A DNA stretch of 64,000 nt from Pelagomonas calceolata (taxonomy: Eukaryota), in the NCBI GenBank assembly GCA_918797485.1, contig CAKKNE010000002.1, forward strand, positions 3,720,001-3,784,000. Reading direction: 5' to 3'. The position numbers and the translations under genes were made by a program. Below are positions 11,349-20,408 of the stretch, piece by piece. Numbering within the stretch: the first letter of the stretch is position 1; the number at the start of each line of letters is the position of its first letter. The notes below the pieces were generated by a model. That model ran no database searches. It was not told where the DNA came from and saw nothing but the letters and a program-made list of their open reading frames with translations.

Positions 11349-13180
11349 TTAATTAGGGGCCTCCCACTGCGTCGCGCCGTCGACCTCTCTAAAGTAGTAT
11401 GGCTGGCCCGACTCGGGGTCCACCATCTCGACCCAGCCGCCCGGGAGCTCCTCGCGGCCCGCGTTGAGCTGCCGGACCGCCTCGGCAGCCTCCTCGGCCT
11501 CCTCCTTGGCCATGGCCTCCTCGAGGCTGAGGACGCGCTCCTCGCCGTCCGAGTCCTCGTACTTGCGCCGCTCGGCCTCGGCCTCGAGCCAGGAGCGCGC
11601 GGCCTCGGCGGCGGCGGCGGCCGCCCGCCGGTCCGCGACCTGTGTGGAAATCGAAATTTTACGGAGCGTTCGTGTTGAATCGTCGCCTCGTCCTCCACGC
11701 CATCGACGCGACGCCTGCTCGATGGCGTGGCGATGTCGGTTCCTCACCGCTCGACGGAGCCAGCGCGGCCACGTCATCGCCGAGAAATGACTTAGTGAAG
11801 AATTATCCGGTGCACCCGACACACTGGTTGATTTCCACACAGTCCGCGACCTGTGTGGAAATCGAAATTTTACGGAGCGTTCGTGTTGAATCGTCGCCTC
11901 GTCCTCCACGCCACGGACGCGACGCCTGCTCGATGGCGTGGCGGTGCCGGTTCCTCACCGCTCGATTGAGCCAGGACGGCCGTGCCATCGCTGAGAAGTG
12001 ACTTAGTGAAGAATTGTCGGGTGCACCCGACACACTGGTTGATTTCCACACAGTCCGCGACGAGCGCCATCGCGAGGTCGGCGGCGTGGCGCCGGACGGA
12101 GTGTCCCCGGTACGCGTTCTGGAGCAGGCGCGCGTACCTGCGCGCCAGCGCGAGCCGGCGGCGCGCGGGGCCCATCCACAGGAACCGGGCCAGCCGCGTG
12201 GCCGTCGCGTGCCGGAAGTTCGCCGCCGCCCGCAGCTGCTCCGCCACGGCGGGGCCGTGCCGGTCGAAGAACTCCGCGGGCGCCTCCCCGAACCGCGTGC
12301 AGGGCGCCTCCATCGCGACGCCCAGCCGCGCCAGCGCCCGCAGGACGCGCACCTTGCCGTGGAACGCGGCGTAGAAGGCCGGCGTGCCGTGGCCGTCCGC
12401 GCCGACGCCGTCGCAGGCGACCGTCAGGTCGACGCCGTCCTCGCGCAGGAAGTCCAGCACCGCGGGCTGGTCGAAGTGCACCGCCAGGTACGCGGGCGTC
12501 AGGCCCAGGTCGTCCGCGCCCTGCAGCCCGCCCGGCAGGTGGCCGCACCGGCGCAGCGCCCGCAGCAGGTCGACGTCGCCCGCCTCGATGAGCTGCGGCA
12601 CGGTCGCGTGGCGGCACGCGTACAGCTCGGGGCCCCGGTACACGTACCGCCGCGCCCGCTCGTCCCAGGGCGGCGCGTACGGCGCCCAGCGGTCGGGCCG
12701 CCGCACGACGCGCCGCATCCGCTCGAGCTCCTCCAGCGAGTGCCGGCCGTGCCACGCGTCCGAGCCGTCGTCGTCGAAGAACGCGAACCGCGGCGGCGGC
12801 GGCGGCGGCGCCGCGGCCGGCGGCGGCGGCGGCGGCTCCGGCGGCGGCGCCAGCAGGAAGGACTCGGGGTCCGGGAACGGATCGTCCTCGACGTAGAGCC
12901 GGTCGGCGTGGCACATGCCGAAGAGGGGCGGGAAGCCGCCGCACCCGTCGTCGGCCCACGCGCCCGTCGCGCGCTTCTCCTCGGCGACCGTGGCCGGCTC
13001 CTCCTCCTTGCCGTGGTACTCGGCCTCGCGCATTTTCTTTTCCCTCTTCTTTCGAGCCGCCTCGCGCTTCTCGCGACGCAGCCGCGCCGACGCCTGCGCG
13101 CGCGTCTCGCCTGGCCGCGCGTCATCCGGCGCGGCCGCGGGCGCCGCGCCGGGCGCCGCCCCGGCCTCAGCGTCCGCCAT
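11349..13180 (-). CDS. Ankyrin repeat + IQ + WW domain protein; join(complement 12062-13180, 11349-11639)
   Basis: Ankyrin-like GLTPAYLAV and GTPAFYAAFHG, IQ-like LQNAYRGHSVR, WW LPGGWVEMVDPESGQPYYF...TQWEAP. Removal of 12061-11640 joins DLAMAL to VADRRAAA in frame. Confidence 0.8.
11640..11842 (-). mobile_element. Full-length introner element, 203 bp (tandem copy A)
   Basis: Perfect TIRs; TSD TCCGCGAC at 11632-11639 and 11843-11850. Confidence 0.95.
11851..12053 (-). mobile_element. Full-length introner element, 203 bp (tandem copy B)
   Basis: Perfect TIRs; TSD TCCGCGAC at 11843-11850 and 12054-12061; about 15 substitutions versus copy A. Confidence 0.95.
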
Positions 13181-13620
13181 GCCGCCGTTCAACCCACGAC
13201 CTCGATGCCTACTGCCTGTTACGAGAGCAGGTCCTTTATGGAAATCCAGGATCGCCCCAGACGAGGCTTTTGCAGTAGGACGACAAAAGACACCATGTTA
13301 GCAGTCTTCCGGCAGGCATGTCCCCTTCCCCCGCACGCGCGGCGGGCAGCTCCGACATCAAGGTCCAGGGACAAGAAATATGCCCTTGCGCACCCTACTG
13401 GTATATCTCCGGCCAGTACCGTAGGTACATAATAATAATACTTGTAAATAAGATAAATTAAGGAGAGACCTCCTAAAGGATTAAGAAGGGGAAGGAAGTA
13501 TCCTTTGATACAGGTCTCTAGCCCCTTGCCAAAAAGATATAGATACACATCCTCGATTTGGAGAGCGCCGCGGCCGCGGAGGAGAGCGGGAGAGACGGGC
13601 TGCCCGGTGGCCGCGGGACG

Positions 13621-15085
13621 ATGAGCGTCGACCTCGAGGACAAGCTGGCCGCCATGGGCATCATGAACGCCACGGCCTACGCGAAGAAGTTCGCCGAGGA
13701 CGAGTGGACCTGGGAGGCCCTGGTGGGTTGCAGCGACGAAAAGCTCGACGTGCTGGTGCAGCGCGTGGGCATGAAGGAGGGCTCCGCGCTCACGTTCAAG
13801 GGCCGAGTCCGCGACGCGCGCGAGCAGGCGCGGCTCGCGCCGGCGGCGCCCGCTCCCGACGACGCGCACCAGTCCTCGCCCGCGTGGAAATCAACCAGTG
13901 CGTGACGCGGCCGTCCTGGCTCGGTACCGGCATCGCCACGCCATCGAGCGGTGAGGAACCGGCATCGGTCGAGCGATACGCACCGCGTACCGGCGCCGGT
14001 CGCGTATCGAACGCGGTACCGGTCGCCGCCGATGCCGGCATGAGCGCTTCGATGCCGGTATACGTCCCATCGACGGCCGAAGCGTGTGTACCGGTCGAGC
14101 GGTACGCACCTACGAATGGGCATCGGTCGAGCGGCGAGGAACCGGCATCGCCGTCGACGCGACGCCGGAACGCGCCGTGAACTGTTGACGTTCGCGCAGG
14201 TCCGTGCGCGTCCACGGCGCGGCCGCGCGGGAGACGGACGGCGGCCGCTGCTTCGCCGAGGGCTGCCGCTGGCTCTACGGCTTCGGCGAGGGCGTCGACT
14301 ACACCGAGGCGGCGAGCTACCTGAAGCGCGGCGCGCAGCTCGGCCACGCGCTCAGCGCGGCGCACCTCGCGTCGATCCTCATGGAGGGCAAGGGCGTGCG
14401 CGGCAACCCGCGGGCGGCCCAGCTCGAGGCGACGATGTGGGCCATGCGGTCGTGCGACGCCATGGGCCTCAACGACCAGGCGGCCGGCGGCGACGCGGGC
14501 GCGCGGCTCGCGCTCGGGCTGCTGCTCCAGGCGGGCATCGGCTGCGAGATGAACCAGGCGCTGGCCGTGAACCACTTCCGCGCGGCGGCCATGGCGGGCG
14601 ACGCCGTGGCCATGAACTGCCTCGCGGGCGCCGTCGAGGAGGGCCTCGCCCAGGTCGACGAGCCCGACGCGACGGCGGCGGACTGGTACCGCAAGGCCGC
14701 CGAGGCGGGCGTCGTGCAGGCGCAGTCGAACTACGGGCTCGCGCTCATGCAGGGCAAGGGCGTGCCCCGGGACGAGAAGGCCGCCGTCGACTGGTTCGTG
14801 CGCGCGGCCGACCAGGGCGACCCCGACGTGCAGAACTGGCTCGGGCTCTGCTACCAGGACGGGCGCTGCGGCGTGCTCATCGACGACGCCGAGGCGGCGC
14901 GGTGGTACATGCGCGCGGCGGACTCGGGCGACGCCGACGCGCAGGCCGAGCTCGGCGCCATGTACAAGGAGGGGCGGGGCGTCGAGAAGGACGACGAGAA
15001 GGCCCTCGACTACTTCATGACCGCCGCGGACGCGGGCTCGCAGGCCGCGCTGGACGAGCTCCGCAACCGCGGCCTGACGGCCTAG
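13621..15085 (+). CDS. Sel1-repeat protein with SAM-like N-terminus; join(13621-13871, 14200-15085)
   Basis: Sel1 repeats (WYRKAAEAGVVQAQSNYG, AQAELGAMYKEGRGVEKD); intron removal gives DDAHQSVRVHG in frame. Confidence 0.82.
13880..14199 (+). mobile_element. Expanded, degenerate introner; intron 13872-14199 (328 nt, GT-AG)
   Basis: Left end CCGCGTGGAAATCAACCAGTG matches the family; TSD GTCCTCGC / GTCCGTGC (6/8); internal direct repeats. Confidence 0.8.
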
Positions 15086-15151
15086 GCGCCGGGCGCCCCC
15101 TTCCCCAAAACCTAACCGCGCACGGCACCTGAAACTGTACAACACACGCCC

Positions 15152-15748
15152 CTAGCTCACGACGCAGCAGGAGTTCGTCTTCCGCGCCTGCTTGTAGAAC
15201 ATCTTCGACTGCTTCGAGAGGTCGTCGGACCGCTCCACGAGCGAGTCCAGCTTCTCGCCCCGCTCGAGCAGGTTGTCGATCGTCTTGTGCAGGACGTCGG
15301 TCGTCTCGTCGAGGTCGCCCTGGATCTTGGCGATGCGGTCGTAGGCCTTCGGGTCGCGCGCGCGCCGCAGGTGCTCGGCCAGCGGCGGCCAGTCGCGCTC
15401 GAGGCCCGTGCGCCAGCCCGGGCTCGCGCGCTCGAACTCGGCGAGCGCCTGCGCGAGCAGCGAGAAGGCCGCGCGCGCGGGGTACTCCGCGTCGCACGTC
15501 GCCGTGGCCGCGAGGCCGTCGGCCCGCACGTGCGCGTGCACGCGGTAGCCCTCCATCTCCTCCTGGTCCACGGAGACGCGCTGGCCCGGCGAGACGCGCC
15601 CGCAGACCGTCTTGGCGAAGAACTGCAGCATCTGCCGCACGGTGGGCCGCTCGAAGAAGCCGAACTGGGCCAGGTCGCTGCACTGGCTCAGGACGACGGC
15701 GTCGCCCGGCGAGGAGGTGCGCAGGAGCGCGAGGTGGATGATCTGCAT
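15152..15748 (-). CDS. YKT6: R-SNARE YKT6
   Basis: Longin domain, KTIDNLLERGEKLDSLVERSDDLSKQSKMFYKQA, C-terminal CCVVS prenylation motif. Confidence 0.95.
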   Translation of the reverse strand: MQIIHLALLRTSSPGDAVVLSQCSDLAQFGFFERPTVRQMLQFFAKTVCGRVSPGQRVSVDQEEMEGYRVHAHVRADGLAATATCDAEYPARAAFSLLAQALAEFERASPGWRTGLERDWPPLAEHLRRARDPKAYDRIAKIQGDLDETTDVLHKTIDNLLERGEKLDSLVERSDDLSKQSKMFYKQARKTNSCCVVS

Positions 15749-16126
15749 GGCGTCGCCTGCACCACCCAGTGAGACGCGCAAGCCTCCGACTATATTCACG
15801 CGTCCACGATCACACTACAATGATCCTAACACAGATGGTTTTGTGTATACGGCACTGAGAGTCTCTAGAGTGTAAGGCTAGTGAAAAAACACTAGTAAAC
15901 TTCTAGTACGAATGGTATTGAAAAACACCAGGTCTGTGATGTGCTCTCAGGGGGGATCTTATCTTACCTGTACCTCAGTCCGGGCGACGTCCCACGCGTT
16001 GCTCGAGCGTTGACTCGAGCGTTCGCGCAGACGTCTGCACAGACGTTGGTTCAGGCGCGGCTTCGTTTGTCGGCCGGCAGGCCCTGCTCCTTGGCGTAGA
16101 ATAGTCACCACGCGGCCCACGACGCC

Positions 16127-16949
16127 ATGGTCAACCCCAACGCCGGGCAGAAGGCGCCCGGGGTCGGCACCGTCGACCGCGGTGGGGTACTATGCGCGAC
16201 CAAGACCCTCCCCTCTACCGACTACAAGGGCTCCGGGTGGCCTGAGATCGTGGTCGAAATCCGGGGTCCGACTACTTCCCGACTACTTCGGCCGGGGGGC
16301 CGGGGCAGCCCGGGGGCTACTATACGCGGTTTTGGGGCCTTCCCACGCTACCCAGTACATCCTGGGGCCGCCCCCAGGCCATGACTAGGTCAAATGACCA
16401 GTAACTGGAGCCTCGGATGCATTTCCGGGCGTGGTATCGCCGAAAGTACCGAAATTTTGCGGGTATGGATAATTCGCAGGAACTCGGGGGATTGATCCAG
16501 CTCGGAGAGATACGTCGAAAACCGGTCTCAAACTAGACCGACTAAAAGACGACTACGAAGGCCTCTGAGGCGTCGGACGCGCATAGTACCCCACCGCGGT
16601 CGACGGTGCCGACCCCGGGAGAAGGCGGCGGCGGTCAACGGCCCCGCGCCGGCGAAGCGCAAGCGGCCGCCCAAGAAAAAGAAGAAGGGCGGCGGCGCCG
16701 CCGCCCCCTTCACGGCGCCGCCGAAGCCCGATGGACGAAGGTGGGCTCCGGGCCATCGCGAGCGCGTCATACACGCTCACCAAGATGAAGGAGCAGGAGC
16801 TGAGGGAGGCGGCGGAAAAACGCGCGCGGGAGGCGGCCCGCTCCTCGAGAGGAAAGGGGAAGGGGAGGAAGACGATCGCCGGCGGCGACATTAAGTCGGC
16901 CGAGCACATCACGACCAACTCCACGCCCCGCGAGCTGTCGTTTGATTAA
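16127..16949 (+). pseudogene. Lys-rich ORF disrupted by a TIR element
   Basis: Removing 16157-16627 gives MVNPNAGQKAAAVNGPAPAKRKRPPKKKKKGGG; a protein-like frame follows at 16731-16949 after a frameshift. Confidence 0.5.
16157..16619. mobile_element. Non-autonomous DNA transposon, 463 bp, 42-bp TIRs, 8-bp TSD
   Basis: 16157-16198 is the exact reverse complement of 16578-16619; AGAAGGCG at 16149-16156 and 16620-16627. Confidence 0.92.
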
Positions 16950-17301
16950 ACACCCGAGGGCCCATGCGCGCGCGTTAGATGACTAAGAATAGTATCCAAG
17001 TTGCCCAGCGGTCTGTAAGACACTAGCAAGCAGCAGCCTGGCTCCAGATTATAAATAGTGCTCGGCTTAGGCGCCGCGCCGGCGGCCTCAGGCCCCGTCG
17101 AGATGCTTCCCTAGCCCTCCGCGTTAGCTTAATTGCTAGCGTACAAAGACACTAGCCGTCGCCAGCATACCAGGCGCATTGCAGTGCCTTACGAGCTTGT
17201 AGTTTATTAGCGACTCGGAGCGTCGCGCAAACGTGGAGGTCGGGAGCAGTCCGGGTAGGGCAGTCGGACGCCTCTGGGCCCCCCTCAAGGCTGCAAGAGG
17301 C

Positions 17302-18980
17302 ATGCGCCGCGTCATGGCTCTGCTGGCCGCGGTCCGCGCGCTGCAGCCCGCGGCGCGCGGCGCGCGCCGGCCCCGGACGCGCCTCCACGCCACGAAGGTG
17401 GAGGGCCCGTCGATGGACCAGGTCGTGCAGCTCTGCCGCCAGCGCGGCTTCGTCTTCGGCTCGAGCGAGATCTACAACGGCTTCAACGGGTTCTACGACT
17501 ACGGCCCGCTCGGCTGCGAGCTCAAGAAGAACATCAAGGACCTGTGGTGGCGCGACTTCGTGCACGGGCGCGAGGACGTGCACGGCCTGGACTCGAGCAT
17601 CATCGCGAGCCCCGCCGTCTGGCGCGCGTCGGGCCACGTCGACGGCTTCAGCGACCCCATGTGCGACGACAAGGAGACCAAGAAGCGGTACCGGGCGGAC
17701 CAGCTCTTCGTCGGCGACGTCGTCGACGACGCGACCGGCATCACGCCGCGCGGAAGCTACGGTGTGGGGGGGGGCGCGGGGGGGGTCGCCCGGGCCGCCG
17801 CGACGCCCCGGTCGCTGGCCGCGCAGGCGACGTCGTGGGCGCCGTCACGGTGCTCGAGTCGGAGGACGTCGAGCGGGACCTCGCCAAGGCGGCGAGGAAG
17901 CTCTGCAAGGCCGCGCGGCGGCCCGTCGCCTTCCGGAGCGTCGCCGAGTGCTCCGAGGCCGAGATGGCGCGCGTGCCGCCGCCGGGCGCGCCCGACCGGC
18001 CCGGCGGCCTGACGCCGCCGCGGGCGTTCAACCTCATGTTCGAGACGCGCGTCGGCGCCGCGGCCGACGCCGCGGCGGCGGCCTACCTGCGCCCGGAGAC
18101 GGCGCAGGGCATCTTCGTGAACTTCAAGAACGTCGCCGCGACGGCGCGGGGCTTCGGCGTGCCGGGCGGCGTCGCGCAGATCGGCAAGGCCTTCCGCAAC
18201 GAGATCACGCCGCGCAACTTCGTCTTCCGGTCGCGGGAGTTCGAGCAGATGGAGATCGAGTACTTCTGCTCGGACGAGGGCGACGCGTGGCGCGCGTGCC
18301 ACGCGGAGTGGGTCGCCGCGTGCCGGGCCTGGCTCGTGGACCGCGCGGGCCTGCGGGCGGAGCTGCTGGGCGAGGACGTGCACGAGGACCTGGCCCACTA
18401 CGCGCGCGCGTGCACGGACATCACGTTCCGGTTCCCGTTCGGCGAGCAGGAGCTGCAGGGCATCGCGGCGCGCGGGTGCTACGACCTGACGCAGCACCAG
18501 GAGGCGTCGGGCAAGTCCCTCGAGTACGTGGACCAGGCCTCGGGCCGCAAGTACGTCCCGCAGGTCGTCGAGCCGTCGATCGGCGTCGACCGGCTCTTCC
18601 TCGCGGCGATCTGCTCGGCCTACGCCGTCGACGAGGTCGGCGGCGCCGAGCGGACGTTGCTCAAGTTCTCGCCGCTCCTGGCGCCCGTCAAGGCCGCCGT
18701 CCTCCCGCTCTCGAAGAAGGACCCGGCGCTGCTCGAGATCGCGCGGCGCGTCCACGACGACCTGAAGCGGCGGTACAACGTGCAGTGGGACGCGGCCGGG
18801 AACATCGGGAGGCGCTACCGGCGCCAGGACGAGATCGGCACGCCGCTCTGCATCACGGTCGACTTCGACTCGATCGAGGACGGCTGCGTCACCGTGCGCG
18901 ACCGCGACTCGACGGACCAGGTCCGCGTCAAGGTCGAGGACGTCGCGGCGCACGTCGTCCACGTCATCGAGGGGCTCTGA
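17302..18980 (+). CDS. glyQS: Organellar alpha2-type glycyl-tRNA synthetase; join(17302-17737, 17827-18980)
   Basis: [62 protein letters not shown]; targeting-like N-terminus. Confidence 0.93.
17738..17826 (+). mobile_element. Highly degenerate introner-like intron (89 nt, GC-AG)
   Basis: GC donor exactly 8 nt before CCGCGCGGAAGC; ends GGCCGCGCAG; restores frame (DDATG|DVVGAV). The TSD is no longer recognisable. Confidence 0.55.
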
Positions 18981-19125
18981 GTGAGTAAGCCGTTATATCT
19001 TAGGCGCCGTTCGAGAGAGGGCGGAGTCGCTTATCGTATCCCCGAGTGAGCGGCGTGCCCCCAAAACCCCGAATCGAATGACGATAGGACGTCTAGCGGT
19101 TTGTAAGACACTAGTTTATTACAAT

Positions 19126-19863
19126 TTAACTCGCGCAGCGCCGCGATCGCATAGGCAGGCGCACCGATTGACGTTTTGACCCCGCACTCGAAGCCACTCG
19201 CGCGGCGCAGCGATGCCGAAAAAGAAGGGCGGCAAGGGCGGCACGGGCGGCAAGCCGCCCAGGGCAGCTGATCCCCAGAGTGGCAGCAAGCGCCCGGGGC
19301 CCGCGAGCCCGCAAAGGGGCACGAACAGTAAGAACCGAGCCGTCGAGCCCTCCGGCAGCAATGAGGGCGACGGCGACGGCGTCCAAAAATCTCCGTCTCC
19401 AACGTGCTGACCTTCTCCAGGACGAGCCGCGGTTCTCTACTCCATCGACCGTGGCAGCCTCAGCTATCAAACTCGTTTGAATACCGGCTAAAAAGTCGAC
19501 GCGTCTCGCGCGTTTGTCCGCCCGCACCGCGGCTAGTCGACTTCGGTTATCACCGTCCCACACGCACCAGTGACGCCTCCTGCGACCCATGCTGTCATAC
19601 ATGTTTTCTCTAAACACAGCGACCCTGTTCGTGCTGGTGTTCTCGTATAAATAGGGCAGTTCGCGGTCTTCACTGAGCCACGGTGCCCAGCCGGCGCGGC
19701 GGAAGGCTCCAGATGTTCGTGGGTTGAAGCCTGCCACGTGCCACACAACCGTGGCATCTAGGGCGAGTGGAGCGGCCGCGTCGTTCGCCGCGCGAGATAT
19801 GACAACTTCTGCGTTGCGCGCAGCTTGCCGCCTCGGCGGTTGGGTGGACGTGGACTCCTCCAT
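19126..19863 (-). CDS. Hypothetical ORF, lower GC
   Basis: Open frame from MEESTSTQ with a weak WW-like segment; codon use is atypical for this window. Confidence 0.25.
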   Translation of the reverse strand: MEESTSTQPPRRQAARNAEVVISRAANDAAAPLALDATVVWHVAGFNPRTSGAFRRAGWAPWLSEDRELPYLYENTSTNRVAVFRENMYDSMGRRRRHWCVWDGDNRSRLAAVRADKRARRVDFLAGIQTSLIAEAATVDGVENRGSSWRRSARWRRRFLDAVAVALIAAGGLDGSVLTVRAPLRARGPRALAATLGISCPGRLAARAALAALLFRHRCAARVASSAGSKRQSVRLPMRSRRCAS

Positions 19864-20408
19864 CGCTCGCTGAGTCGCCGTGGTCGGCTGCTTCGCCGAG
19901 TCACCCTGGGACTGAAGCACTTGGACAATTTGATGTGTTGCAGACCAGTCTACAGTAGATCCACAACTATTGTCTGCAAAGGGCAAGGATGCGTTTAGAT
20001 GTGACTCGCCGCGCGTCTCGCGCGTTTTCTAACAAGTTCGCGCGTCGCCGTGGGTGGGATTTTTTGTTGCTAGTGTCTTACCATCGCTAGCTCGATTGAG
20101 CGGCGCCAAACGCTGGGACGGCGGCGCGTGCGGCGTTGACTAAACGCGTGTCGACGGCACGGAGGCAAGGGCATTTCGCTGTTGGATAGCTAAAAACACG
20201 CCGTGGCAGACCGCCGCGGTGGGCACTTCGCTGTTGGATAGCTCGCGGAAAACGCGGTCGCGCGCGGTCGACGTTCGTCAAGCGTCACATTTTCCCGCGC
20301 GCCGCGACGTACCCGAAGCGCGCCGAACCCGCGGCGCACTTTGCCTTGCAAAAACCCCAGCGCGCGACGCGGGCCGGCGCCGCAGGAGCGCCGTCGCAGG
20401 TCTCCGCG

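Noticed and set aside
11632..12061. Possible CRISPR-like repeat-spacer array
   Set aside because: The intervening units are near-identical TIR elements, not unique spacers; no cas genes; eukaryotic context.
20169..20243. 23-bp direct repeat upstream of the GH161 gene
   Set aside because: Only two local copies; no further support for function.
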